Below the pieces are notes generated by a model. The model saw nothing but the letters and a program-made list of their open reading frames with translations. It did no database searches and was not told the DNA's origin. Below, in pieces: positions 22,201 to 35,200 of a stretch of DNA of 64,000 bases. The stretch's first letter is position 1, and each line of letters begins with the position of its first letter. The translations under genes were made by a program, and so were the position numbers. Source of the DNA: Laetmonice hystrix (lineage: Eukaryota); NCBI GenBank assembly GCA_965235115.1, contig OZ249446.1, forward strand, positions 15,996,001 through 16,060,000. The letters are read 5' to 3'.

Positions 22201-25200
22201 GAGGAATGCGGTCTTGTGCACTCAGATGAATGAGGGCAAAATAGATTGACGATGTTTGGTCAGGGATATTCATTCACTCTTTCCCCCTCTCTCGATCTCT
22301 CATTCTCCCCCACTTACCCCACCAAGGCACGGCATCTGCCCCCCCCCCCATACACACACCCTTAAGAACTTAAAAGTGGGTTTAGATTATCTTTCTTGCA
22401 GTCTGTGCTTCACACCAGTTCATAACTATTTCATGATCGCCGTGTCTTAGTAAAAGGAAACTGTCCCCTTCCCCCAAGCACAGACACCTTGTGCTTCTCC
22501 GTCCGTCTCATGGGAACGACTGTGGCTCAGTGGTCTCAGCCTGTGGCTGTGGATCACAAGGTCTCTCACCTCCGGGTGAAACTGTTCGTCAGTTACATGC
22601 TTCAAGGTGAATGGTTTCGTCAGGGTTCTGGCGTGCTGCATCAGGAAGAAGACCACCTCGATATGGCCCTGGCTCTTGGTGACTCTCACCCCATGCCCCA
22701 TACCTACCACGCACACATCCATGGCGACACCGACGTGTGATTCTCTTCATTACGCAAAACTCACGCACATGGCGACGGCGACATCTAAATTCACAGCTAT
22801 ATCGCCTGACGGCCATGCAACCTCCCTGCAGCAGACGCAGGTCTGATGGGACCAAGACCTCCCAAATCAGAAGCTGAGCTTATCTCCGGTCTCCCCGTCT
22901 TAAAGACCAATGGCGACCTCATCCGATGACCTCTGTTGATTTATATATGGTGGAAAGTTCCGTGTACTGTACATTGATAGCCAGCCGTAGGAAATCATTA
23001 TCTATTAATAGACCCTCATCGGACCATCAACGAGCACCTTGCTTCTCTCGGCATTAAACTTCTCTAATAGATCAGGGAGAACACTAACAGCGAATGCTTG
23101 GTTGCATTAAACACAAGTTGCTAAAACCTAATGCTTGCAATCAAACGATGCGCATGACGAACAAAAGTTAGGACCACGCCCTTCCTCGTCACTGCACCAT
23201 CCACCCACGTTATGGACACAGAGGAAAGAAAGAAACCTTAAAGTAAGGATAGTAATAATCCAATCTGTCAAAACAAGATCTCTAGGGGTCTTTCCTAGGA
23301 GGGCAAGACATGGAGGAGCGGAAACCGTGCCAGTCATACGTCTAAGCCGCCGTTCTGTGTATTATGAGCCGGCAGAGATTATGTTTTTTTCTGTGTGTAT
23401 GCTATAACCACTAGGGAAGTATTATGGACTGAAACCAATGGATTATGTCTGACTAGTCATTAACATCTCTGAGTATAATTGATTTCAGTCCATAGCTGCA
23501 AGCTACTAAAGAAATACAACATGACACAAAGGGAAAAGTTCGTTGTCTTAGAGTGTGATCCTCCGACATGACAGTGCTCATTTCATTAGTCGTGGCACAC
23601 ACTATTATTGTGTACCCGCCTCGACGACAAGCCCCCAACACTAATATCTCCCAGTCCCCCCTGACAAGGAACATGTTCGTGGATGGCTCACGCGGCCCGG
23701 TATAGTTGGTGATGGAAGCGGCCCACTGGCCGGAAGTGAGTGACGCCGCAAGTACATGAGTCAGAACCTAAACATGCAGACATTTGCGTGAAATATAGCA
23801 ACTTGAGTAAAAATAGAAAAATGAAGATAGCCCCGTTCATGGGTAAAATCGTATTTATCGAAGAATTATGTTGATCACTTATATACAGCAGGCCCACTTG
23901 ATTCCTTTAGCATGAAAAACTTTTCAATTTTTCGTAAATCCACTCCAAATCCCTGCCTAAAGTGGGCATGATTGGGTTGGATGTGAGGAGAGCGCTAAGG
24001 AAATTCCAACTTTTTGTCGACAAAGCTGAAAGCTTTATAAGGTGGGCAGCCGGTGCGATGTGTGCTGGACCTGTGTACACTCCCAGTGTAGCATACCAGT
24101 AGCTCGAGGGAACGTCACGGCTGGCAGTTGTTCCATAAATATTGGATAGGCTTATGTACATGCACGACTCAGTGCTTTGCAATGACTACATAAAACGCTT
24201 CAGATAGGCCTATATAACCTCACTACAAACGGTATGGCTAGTATGTGAAATATGCCGTTCTGTTTTGTTAGATTATTCGGTACTCTTTGCCTTGAAGAGT
24301 CCGCTCAAGAAACTGATCCTCCGGGCAACATTGGCATACGTGGGTACGAGGTCAGATCCCCACCAATGTCGGAGCTCATAAGAAATTAACGCGTCGCACC
24401 GATATAATAATCATGTGCGTGTATATTTGATATAATCACATGTTTGAGAATATGATCATGTCTTTAGCTTGCAGGATATATGTATCAACCACTTGGGCCA
24501 GTAGGTTTTGTGTACCACACTTGTGAACGTTGACCAACTGCACCTTAACTGCTCCCTTTCATGACACTACACCCCCGTTATCGCTACCTGTAGAATGTCC
24601 GCCGTTTCACAAAGCTTGGTTAAATCGACTTCAGTAGACGTCGATAGGAAGAGAGGAGCAGGCTTGCTGTAGGTTGGACACCATAAACTAGGACCGTGGT
24701 CTCTCTGACGGCTCTGTCGGCGCCGAGCGAGCGACGGGTCGCTAAGTCGACAACGCCCGTCACCTTGGGTGTGTGGCGGCATTTGTCGACGTAATGCATA
24801 ACGCAATAACCCCTCGTAGACGTCAGTGCACGTTAGGCATACTATGGATCATTATGAAAAGACCACCCGCCATGGGATCACCTACATATGCATAGACAGT
24901 GCACGGAGGCATCCTATTGTGTGCTAACTCACTTACTCCGGTGTAATTAAGCCCCCGAAAAATACAACCCCATACCGAATCCCCCCTGTCCCTGCATGCG
25001 AGGGGCTTTTCTCGCCAGGACTATTGTGTAGTAGCGGGTCGGCGGAGGTAATTTTGAATGTATGAAATGAATTTTATCTGGGTCGGGCAGGCGAGGATTG
25101 AGCCGTGCACCAAAGGATCCTTTGTTTCAGTCATCGGCGCCCACCGCGGGATAGAAGCGTAACCTTCGGTGATCAGGCAAATCGAGGCGGGCTCTATTCA

Positions 25201-25548
25201 CTGAAAATCTCAACCCTTAGTCATTTGACTAACTTAGTCAATTTTCGCTAAGTTTGGGTTAGACATTTCATCAAAGACTAACCCTAGTCAGATTTGTCTA
25301 ACAACGTTAGTCAAAAAGACGAGTGTAAATCAACACATCAGACAGAGATAGTCCCAGATTACAAGCAGTGGTTTCGGAAGACTCGTCTTTAGGTTCTCTA
25401 AAATGCAAACACAGCGTGGAAATTAAAACACAGAGAGTCTAAATCTTTCTGTGTCAAGTGTAGGACTACGGGCATGTAGGTCTAGGCCTAGTTAGGCTAG
25501 TACTACGTGAAACTCTTTTCCGAAGATAAACGTTGAACCTATAGCTCC

Positions 25549-25611
25549 ATGCCTGCTCTAATGGCGGGAAGTTCAGCGCCAGGCCAAGTCAGACAGTGGA
25601 ACGATTTCAAG
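25549..25611 (+). pseudogene. CACTA-borne gene, putative first exon
   Basis: ATG CCT GCT CTA ATG GCG ... TTC AAG|GTaagt (MPALMAGSSAPGQVRQWNDFK); strong donor, but its phase 0 does not match the open frame of the next exon, so it may be 5' UTR or an intervening exon is lost. Confidence 0.35.
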
Positions 25612-25849
25612 GTAAGTTTTCCGGACACTCTCATCACCTAGCCTACACCTAATGTCTGAGTGGTCAAGAAGTCTTAGAGGGTATAGGAATTCAGTCAGTA
25701 TAAGTAATCTGTGCGCATTTAGGTCGGTTCTTCCGACAACAGAGACACTCGTGACAATATGGCCGCCTAAGCCTAACGCCAGTAACGGCTAACAACATAG
25801 GCCTACGTTACGAGCTCGGCCTAGCCTAAACCCAAAGTCTTAAGTACTG

Positions 25850-26210
25850 CAGTGTCGGATTTAGGGGGGGGGGGGCACAGGGGGCCTGGCCCCCCGAAAT
25901 TTTTCAAAAGCAGGGTTTTGCCCCCCCCCCCCCCAGGGCCGTGCCCAGGAGGGGTTTTTGGGTGTCTGTAACCCCCCTGGGCGCCAAAGATTTTTTTAAA
26001 TTGTTTTTTTAGGTCCTAAATAACGTCCGTCCGCTGTAGCACCAATAACCCCCCCCCCCCCTGCACCAATCTCTGGGCACGGCCCTGCCCCCCCCCCCCC
26101 CCCCAACTGAGTGACCCTTGCCTATGTCAGGTAGCTATGGGTCGATTCAGACACCCATACACCTGTCTCCCCCCCCCCCCCCCGAAAAAAAAATCCTGGA
26201 TCCGCCCCTG
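25850..26210. mobile_element. hAT-like MITE in first intron of the CACTA-borne gene
   Basis: Ends CAGTGTCGGATTTAGG and CCTGGATCCGCCCCTG (12/16 inverted match); GC-run-rich body; no 8-bp TSD found. Confidence 0.55.
25934..26087. mobile_element. 154-bp hAT-like MITE nested within the previous MITE
   Basis: Perfect 15-bp TIR CAGGGCCGTGCCCAG / CTGGGCACGGCCCTG, flanked on both sides by poly-C runs compatible with an 8-bp CCCCCCCC TSD. Confidence 0.8.
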
Positions 26211-26735
26211 GCCTCTACTGGCGTTACCCACAGCGCCAGTAGTTGTTGAAGACCAACCTACTTCATTGATCTCGAATTCTATGATTTGATCATATATCTA
26301 GATACGTTCTAGGGTATCCAGTCATTTAGTGAACTTGGAACGAGCCAACCCCCTGCCCGTCCCGCCTGCTACGTGATTTTGCGTGGCAGAAAAATTTACT
26401 ATAATAATATTAAGCAGGGTATTTGTACATTACTGTGGAGTTTTAATCCGGTACATGGACCTAGACTGCCGTGTTTATTTAAGAGTATTTTGACTTGACT
26501 TTTTTATTTGTGGGGGCTCAAATCGGCGAATTTAGCTTTGTGATGCCTATAGGGAACAGTGACTCTCGACTTCAAATTCTGATTATTCCATATTATAAAT
26601 ATGAGGCTCTAGACTAATGAGCTTAGCCTAATATTTGAACAAACCTGTTTTATTTTTGAACTTGCAGGCACTTTTCAGTTGATTTTTTTGTCATTGTATC
26701 ATCGTCTATTTCTTGCCATCATTGTCTTTTTTTAG

Positions 26736-26844
26736 AAGTTACTGCCTGGTGGCAGAAGCCAAAAAGAGAGTGCAGGACGTGACCTTGGTCGACACTGTCA
26801 TGGACCCCACGTTTTCTGGTCGTCGGTGGAATATATTGAAAGCG
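26736..26844 (+). pseudogene. CACTA-borne gene, exon 2
   Basis: ttttttAG|a agt ... GCG|GTgagt; SYCLVAEAKKRVQDVTLVDTVMDPTFSGRRWNILKA is open and ends phase 0, matching exon 3. Confidence 0.5.
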
Positions 26845-27145
26845 GTGAGTATTGCAAGCGTAATGTGTTAGTGTTAGTTAGTGTCCAGTGTTAGTGTTCT
26901 AGAAAGAGGTAAACCCCTGGCTGAAATCTAGATGAAATCTACATGTTTTGCTGTGAAACTTGACGGTATACATATAGCAGGTAAGTAATCTCTGGGTCTA
27001 TTGTCAGTTTTCATGCACAGTTTTAGTGTTTGAGGAAGAGGTGCACTTCAACGGAAATCTAGATTCTACATGTTTTGCTCTGAGACGTGATGGTATACAT
27101 AGCAGGGAAGTAATCTCGGGGTTTATTTTCTGTTTTCATGCACAG

Positions 27146-27308
27146 TTCCCAAAGGAATACCAGACAATAAAGCCACCCTACAAAAGTGATGTCATTCTGG
27201 AAAATACACACCAACCCTTATCGCCCTCTCTAAGTGCCAAGGAGATGTGGAACGGTGTTGTCGTCTCACTGCAGAATCAGCAGCTGACCCAGACAGAGGC
27301 CTTGCATG
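27146..27308 (+). pseudogene. CACTA-borne gene, exon 3
   Basis: ttttcatgcacAG|ttc ... CATG|GTaagt; FPKEYQTIKPPYKSDVILENTHQPLSPSLSAKEMWNGVVVSLQNQQLTQTEALH open, phase 0-1. Confidence 0.55.
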
Positions 27309-27817
27309 GTAAGTATTTATGACCGTCCTGGTTTTATACTTTACATTGAATATTGATTACTTTTTCTGAATTAGGTTAATGTTATATAACAGTATCACGC
27401 GTGTTTAACTGTAATGGCCGCCTACCACTGCTGGGGCTGGTCAAGCTTGGGTGTGAACGATAATGGTCCACCTTGAAGAGACTGAGTGTTGAATGGTATA
27501 AGCCACTGGCGGTATGACAGGGTATTTTGTAATGAATTATAGTATAGGAATGTATCAGACAATGTGTTGGCGATGGCAGATAGCTGGGGGGGGGCGGTAT
27601 AATGGGGCTAATTTATGTACTTTGAGATACAAGTGATCGGTGCTCAAGCTTTGGCAATAAGGAAGGTTGGCGATAGGCTGGGGGGAGGGGGGGGTATAAT
27701 GGGGGTTTACTGTACATAGTTGTATTGCAAACTAATGTTGATAAATATGATGTATGACAACAATTTCTTATAAATATTTGAAATAGTCTGAATATTGGTA
27801 ATTTTTTTCTTCTTCAG

Positions 27818-27963
27818 AAGAACGATTTTGCACCGTATATTCAAACAAAAAAAAACAATTGTTCAGTTCCCTGAACGAAGAGGACAGCTTCAGCATTGTG
27901 ATACAGGGCGTCAGCATGCTGCAGACGGACAACTTCTTTCAAGCCCAGGGGGCGTTGCACTGA
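27818..27963 (+). pseudogene. CACTA-borne gene, exon 4 (possibly truncated accessory-protein domain)
   Basis: tttttcttcttcAG|aa gaa; (E)ERFCTVYSNKKKQLFSSLNEEDSFSIVIQGVSMLQTDNFFQAQGALH*; phase 1 matches exon 3; TGA at 27961-27963. Confidence 0.55.
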
Positions 27964-29026
27964 CGTTAGGACTGGGCCTACGTAGGACTGAGCCAGATTT
28001 TAAATAATTTTCCAAGACGAATGGTGACGATTATAATTTTCTTTTTCTAATAGTGTCCTTTAACTAAACGAAGTAATAAAAACAGTTTTATTTAGTGACT
28101 TTAGTACAAAACGAAGCTTGTATTTAGTGCACCTAAGATGTTTGTAATTTTTCTCAGTAGTATTTACCAGTTATGCATTGTAGGTATGTACAGCTAGTGA
28201 CTGCATTGTTAACGCATTGTAGGCACAGCTAAGGACAGTAAACCTTTACTGTTGTAACTTCAAGTGTATACCCATAATGGGTACTGCATGGATACTGTAA
28301 GTTTGAATACGGTGACTTAAATACAATACAAAGTTTGTATTTTTCGTGCATCTCAGATGTTTGTTATTTTTTCAGTGGGATTTACCATTTGGGTATGGGG
28401 ACCAAAGCACATGCCGAGTGGATCGGATGTTAGACAAAAAGACTAACTATTAGTCAATCAAATTTGATTGACTAAGTTGCTAGCCATAAAGGCTATGGGG
28501 GGTCAGTCATTTTAGACACAGCCATAAAGACTAAGAGGTTAGTACTTTTTTTCTAACTTGTTAGTCAAAAAGATTTTCAGTGTAATTGTCTCGGTGGAGG
28601 GGATATTAGCGATCAGCCAAATAGTCCAGTCTGCCATCAATCTCGGGGATAATCCGCCCCCAAAGCTGGCAGAAAACGGTCCCCACGCCTCGCTCCATTG
28701 CAGGTCGAGTTATAGCAGGTCGTGACGTCTGGATGCCTGCCATGTCTGAACATTGCAGGACGGTCCGTTGGAAGCATCGCTCCTATTTTATGACTGCGTG
28801 CGATGACACTAAATCCCCCACTTTTTTGTTTTTGTATACGTATACACAATGAGGCAAAAACTGGCAGGTTCCATTTCTCCTATAGTAATACATGTATAGT
28901 ATCTATTCGCCTGCGTGCAGCTTTTTCACCAAAATATGAGACGGAATTACACATAAGAAATAGATGGGTCCTCGTAACAGGTGCATGCAGACAAACGCCA
29001 TTGCATGTAGTCGTGATATTCATACC

Positions 29027-29128
29027 CATAACCGTAAAACAAACCAGTGAACATCTACATGAAGACATAACCGTAAAACAAACCAGTGAACATCTAAATG
29101 AACTCATAACCGAAAAAAACCCAGTGAA
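29027..29128. repeat. 39-bp tandem repeat, about 2.6 copies
   Basis: CATAACCGTAAAACAAACCAGTGAACATCTAMATGAA... starts at 29027, 29066 and 29105. Confidence 0.85.
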
Positions 29129-29429
29129 TTGGGAGATGATAGGAAAAACAGCGATAACTATAATATGTATATCCCACAAATATGTCGTGTATAATCGTGA
29201 CAGCTTACTCCTTACGGAAACCATCATATATATTATATTATAACAAAAAAAATGGAGTATATCATTATGTAATGAAGTAAAGCCGCTCTGTTTTTACACT
29301 TGGTTTTTAGTTTCATGTGGAGATAGCAAAGAAGGCTACTTCTTGTAGAAGAGTCCGCACTCATGCCGTAATTTTTAGGTAGCGTTATATTTCGTGAGCC
29401 ATGAAGTGGGTCTATAAAGTGTTACGTAC

Positions 29430-29585
29430 CTCTGAGTGAACAGTTGCCCATTTGTCCAATCCACGAGTTTCCCTGACAGCGCAGCTGCCACACTTGCTGG
29501 GTGGAGTTGCAGTAGATGGTCAAGCGGTCATTGCGTCGGTCAGTCCAGGATCCCGGGGGCGTGGGAACGTCCTGGCATCCTAGCA
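29430..29585 (-). CDS. Lectin-CUB-sushi receptor, exon encoding sushi/CCP-like module (phase 1-1)
   Basis: tgtgtcttgcAG|tgcta ... AGAG|GTacgt; (V)LGCQDVPTPPGSWTDRRNDRLTIYCNSTQQVWQLRCQGNSWIGQMGNCSLR has four Cys and the C..G.W...GNC CCP-like ending. A second in-frame AG 6 nt downstream would start the exon at 29579. Confidence 0.85.
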
Positions 29586-31844
29586 CTGCAAGACACAGGT
29601 CATCAGTATCGTCAATTTCATGGGAATAATATATCTAAAAGATGGGTAGGTGGAATGATGAAATCGCGGGAAGACGTATACTATTGGGTAGGCCTAAACA
29701 CCCAGTATGATTTTATCAACTCTTTTTATAACCAGACATAAGTCTATGTTCCATGAGCATCACAACTATAGGCTTTCATACGCGTATAGTGGAGAACAAC
29801 ATAATGTTATCCTGTAGTAACTCCTAGAACACTTCCCTAAAAGAACTGTGAAGTTGCCATCCTAAGTTCTTAATGTGAACGTTCATGGCCTGCAGGCATT
29901 GACTATCTTCGTGCAGGAAACTGTCATGAAAGTCGGTCATTTCAGTACGAACTTCATAGAATACTGAGTCTATTATCATGCAGCTCTGCTCTTTTTGATG
30001 CCCTGTCCCATAATTGGTTCACTTCTTTGGCAAAACGCATGTAAGAGGGGCGTTTACTGGCGTTGTAAGAGGTTAGTGCACAAACTCGCTAATCCGAACC
30101 GATTTTTGTAGCATTTCATTATTTATAAGTCAGACATTGCCACAGAAAGTTGTTCACTTTGTCTTTGATTTGTACTTCTCGCCTTTGTTTTTCTCCTAAA
30201 GGGAGCGGATGAAAACAGACAGAGGTGTTCAAAGGGAAGCGATTCGTCGTTCTCTTCATGTATGAAATCACTGTGATAAACACATGGGCGCCTTTTCTGG
30301 ATAAGATTTAGATTACACAGACGCTTTGTGATGCAATGGAATAGTGTGAACTACGTACTCGATAATACATGCTAGACACTTTAAACTAGTCCTGTGCCCT
30401 TTCCCTTCTCTTCAAGGTGTATCAACCCATATGTTTTAACATACACGTATACCCATACAGACACCCCGGCATACATAGAGGTCTATTAGGCCTGCATGTC
30501 TACATACTGGGCCTAATATGCAATATTAGGTAGAATGTCTATCGCACCATCCCGTTAGTCTCTGTAGGCCTACTATACATAAGACCCGTACTAAGTGTTT
30601 TGCTAGGGACCGAACCAGGGCCTATATACCTGCGTTCCTCCCTGGGAGGTAAACGGGGGCTGATAAAGGATGAGACCGCCATAATGTCGCTACCGGTTGT
30701 TTTTACGCAGGAGTCAAGACATGCGATCCCAGTGCCACGATCTGCAAACAGCTCTGTTTGAATTTGAGACAGAAGCTTTTAACCGAGCCTTCCCGACCCG
30801 GGCTCGTCTCTATGTGCACATGTCGGCCACTGCTGATCAGCGTCAGATGTATTGTTCCGATTGTAAGGAGCTAGACTCCCGCCGGAAGTCCTGCTGTTTT
30901 CCTCATGAGCGTGACAAATGCGCACGCACTCTTGGCATACAGCGCCGCCTACCGGAATACGTGCTCCATCTCCGAACAACAGACAACTGAAAGAGACCGC
31001 GCGTCTCGTATAAAAGGGAAACGGCGCCAAAACGTAGAGCTTGTTGGCAACGGTGGCAAATTACATACGTGACCGCATGCCAGCATGACAACATACTGTC
31101 TGAAGCACTTTTGTGTGTATGTGTATGTGGGCATGTCTGTGAGAATGCTTGCAGAAGAAAAGTTTAAACGTGAGGCCAAAGAAAGCTGGTGAGATTCCAC
31201 GCACCCCTAAGGCGTCGTCCCCAAAGGAGCAGCTTGCTATAGTATATAGAACAGACCGCGCGTCGACAATACAACGTTTCTGTGTCTGAGGTCTTGTCGC
31301 CCAGACTCAACGTGGCGGTGACTCACGCGAGGGCCACGATAGCAAGTGATGATTATAGGTGCCTTGGGATGCTAGTCCTTTGATGTATTACTATGCCGTA
31401 AATCGGTCCGTTCACCAACGTCTTTTTTCAACACGCAGGCAAAAGGCCCATAGTCTGTCGAGGTCTGATAGCACCAACTTGTCATGGTAACGGTAATGAA
31501 CGAAAAGGTACCAGCACAAAGGCAAAAACATGGCAACCCTGACTGAATATCGCTCGGGGCCATTAACTTATGGTGCAAGAAATACATGTCCTATAACCAT
31601 GCGTGTTATACGCGGGAGTGAATGCTCTGAGGATCTATATTTTCACTCCCAGTCCTTTGTAACGTCTTACCTCCTGTGCCGACATTTTGTTCGTAATTTA
31701 CGCCCTAAGGGGACCGGTTTGTCCCATACACCACTGATATCGTGCCTCCACATTCTCAGGCGTTACAGCATGATGATAGTAGGTTCTACTTATTCAGCCA
31801 TAGAAGAACATGAATTTGAAAATAAATAAACCAAGCTGACTCAC

Positions 31845-32243
31845 CCTCGTACTTGAGGAGAAAGTACTGTTTGCTAGGAAGCGTGGTGTGTATGATGACC
31901 TCGACGATGTTCGTCCTTGACACAAACACGATGTTATGACGCTCGCGGCCACCACACACGTCAACGGCGCGTCCCGTCTTGGGTTCCTTCAACGTCGTGT
32001 AGACGTCACAACCGAGCGGCTGAATCTCCAGCCCTAGGTCCTGGCCCAGCTTCTGGTCCGGCTCAATCACATGGAAATCCAACAAAGTCAGGTTGATGGT
32101 CTGCCCAGAAGGGACCTCCAGGATGTAGGGCGTGTTTGGCAATCCGCATCCTGTCTCTTCGGTCACCAAGCTTGAAATGACAGAATCGGGCGGAGGCGAC
32201 CTGATTCGTTTAGCCGAACGACAAGACCCATTTGGCGTTATCA
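31845..32243 (-). CDS. Lectin-CUB-sushi receptor, exon encoding CUB-like domain (phase 1-1)
   Basis: tttttgcAG|tgata ... GAGG|GTgagt; SSLVTEETGCG...PYILEVPSGQTINLTLLDF...C...VCGGRERHNIVFVSRTNIVEV...FLLKYE fits the CUB fold pattern (I.V..GQ.I.L...DF; CG; S.TN...V; F...Y). Confidence 0.85.
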
Positions 32244-35200
32244 CTGCAAAAATAGTCGACAATATCAAAATTAATAGGGCAACAATAACTGTAATGGTAT
32301 CATTCCACAGACGATTGCATCATTCAGGTGTAAATACGGTTGTATGTTCCAGCGCCGGATACTTCATGATAACAAATTATGAATGCGGATAAATCAAAAT
32401 ATATCCGTTTGTAGAATTTTTATTCATGTGTTCAACGTGCCGCATGCTTCGATTAGGCATAACAAATTCATGTATGCATTTACTCTTCCCTCATTAAGAA
32501 GATGAATTCTGTTGGAATTACCCTTACTGCCATCAACTACAGTTTTATATTCATTCCAACAAGCTTCTAATCTAACATTATGTACTCGTAGACGGCGCTA
32601 AATATGGCATGTAGACCCCCCCCCCCCCCCCCCAAAAAAAAGATGCTTTTAAATTGACTTTATAAATTGTGACGACTAAAGACACATTAGGGGCTGTGTT
32701 AAGTGCGACTTTTTTTTCGTTCCCCAGGCAAATATAGCTCGATCGATATTCAGACAGGGAGAGCGGTAGGGTACACGCCTTGTGGTAAACCATTGTCATG
32801 TCTATCATGTACATGGTACTCTGATCTCGCACATATTGGCTCCATCCACGCTCTTGAATCCCCACCAACCTGCATGTGTTCAATACCTGAACATAAAGGG
32901 AACAGGCCTTTGTAGTTCCCCGAGACATGACCTGTGGTGTTAGCGCGGCACATGTGCAAGCTATAGCATAAAAGTGTCGGAGTCCACACGTGTTCGTGGG
33001 TTCAAGTTCAGTGAAAAACTTGGCGCAGTGATATACGGACAACGCGACCTTCATGTGCTATTTCTTTCTCTCGTGCAATTTCGATTCCATTTTGGAAGTT
33101 TAGTTATTAGATCTATTTGTTGATGTGCAAGTAGTTTATGACTTCCTGGCTTTGTTCTCGACACCTGTTTAAATTCCCAAGACTTGGCTATAAGACGGAA
33201 ATGGTAGGACGGAAAACACTAGTTAATTAAGAGGAACAAAGCACGTAATGACTTGGTGGAGGTGTCTTTATGAAATATTTTCGTTTGTGCCAGTCAGAGG
33301 CAAAAATGTAAAAACGAGAGCATTTCACGTAGAACGCTAGCAATTCTTGGGCTACACGTAATGGGAATATTTATTGGTATGGCTGTACTGAAGTGAATCT
33401 GAATTTATACATTTTGCGTGAAATCACCATTTGCAAAGTGGCGGGGGAAGCTTTTCCCTGTGTACCTCATAAAAAAACGGAACATCTTGATTTTCAACAG
33501 ATACAAATTCCGCCCGATGGAACCCTTAACCATATCACGCTTAACTGAAATTCAACCTTGCGATCACATTAACGTGTATGCAAATACAGCCCCTGCTTTT
33601 GTTCCATCCATTTACTAATGGCGCTGGGACACAGTTACAGGCGTTTCGGGTATGGCGTCCGCACATTTTGGAGGTAATTACATGCATACGTCATTGTAAC
33701 ACTGCTTCTGCGTTCTTTTCTATCACATATGCAGCGCCATCTGTTTTTTCTCGTTATAGAAAATATTATATGCAATATGGAAAAGCATTTTAAAAACCAG
33801 GAAAAATGATATAAGAAATGCAGTGGGTATTGATTTTAGGGCTCGCACTTGTTCGTTATGTGAATTAGGTATGGAGGGTAGCATTAAAATCTCTACCTCA
33901 AGTTTGTGGCTCGCCCTTACTTTATGGGCGACTCTTATGTTCATGTGCTTTATTATGACAGACTAATTATGAGTACATGCAAATTTCTACCATCTCTGTT
34001 GTGGTTATTTATGCAGTCAGTCGAGATGGGCATTAAAATAAGGTCGCGCCTAAGTGATTTCGGAGAGGCGTACAGTTTGAGTTTCTTGCCTTAATATGCA
34101 GAATCATTTGGAAGTTGGTAATATGGTTTGATTACCCAAATGTATGAATGATAACGAAGAGTATGATTATATTCGTTACCCCCCAGACGTGACAGAAGCA
34201 GGGGCGTCGTGAGCCCCGATACCGGCTGAGGTGGCAGAGAGGGAGCTTCATTTCACACCTCTTTCTGTTGGTGTATCACCTGTGCAATGGTAAACATAGA
34301 TATTGCGAATTCAGCAAATGATATACATATAGTCTATGTATATGCCTTGAGATCCTACATGTGGTGTCTCACAGTAGAATAGTTAAATACCAGGTCATCC
34401 ATACGTACTGATCGCAGCAAAGGGCGATTATTACATGGTATATTTAGAAGTGAGGCAATCAAAGAAAGCATGATATTTGATCGTTGTGAACGTTTTTGGA
34501 GTTTAGTGAAGTCTGAACCTTTTAATCAAGGAAACGGTCTTAAAATCTGGCATGGTTTTAAATAGCAGGATCTAAGTTAATTGTTAGAATGCAGGTGATG
34601 CACGAACAAGGACAATCATAGGTGACGAAAGTACGTTAAACGTAACTATTCGAGGTTCAAACACTAATTCATTTCGAAAAGAATTTGTCGTGGGCACGTG
34701 CATGTATCGGAAATTATCGGGTTTAAAATTATTTCTGAACGGATGCCAAGCGGACATTAGAAACCTTCAATTCCCTTTCCTTCAGTATCAATCATAACTG
34801 ACATTTCACCCCGTTTTTTCATCAAAGAATCCTCTGCTTCCAGAGCAGAAATCAGAAACTGGCTTTTACGAAGGTTCCAAATTTGTGTGTGGTTTATGCC
34901 ATCACAGGATCAAACGTGAACACTACAAGGTTGCTGATTTCTCGGCGCAATTTGTAAAAGGCTATGGTTCTGTACGAATGAAGAGGGGTGTATTAGTGAT
35001 TTGGCTGATCTCTAAAATCACCAAAGGACGTGGATGTTGAAGGGTACCATCCGCAGAGATGAGAAAAATGGGCCAAGGAGAGGCGCTTCGTGTAGCCAGA
35101 GTTTGAACACGCGGTTTCAAACGCTTGGTAAACGCGGCAGTCAACGTCAAGAACTGCAGCTTGATTGGGAAAAAGGATTTTAGCTTGGATCCCGACATGA

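Larger units (their letters stand above)
25199..28582. mobile_element. CACTA/CMC (EnSpm-like) non-autonomous transposon, 3384 bp, inside receptor intron
   Basis: Perfect 12-bp TIR CACTGAAAATCT (25199-25210) / AGATTTTCAGTG (28571-28582); dense TTAGTC/GACTAA subterminal repeats at both ends (about 25217-25320 and 28430-28570). Flanks TT / TA give only an imperfect 2-bp TSD. Confidence 0.8.

Noticed and set aside
22447-22855. Cluster of overlapping ORFs on both strands with coding-like GC content
   Set aside because: All frames are interrupted, I recognise no motif and there are no usable splice sites; could be a decayed retroelement, which needs a TBLASTX/Dfam search.
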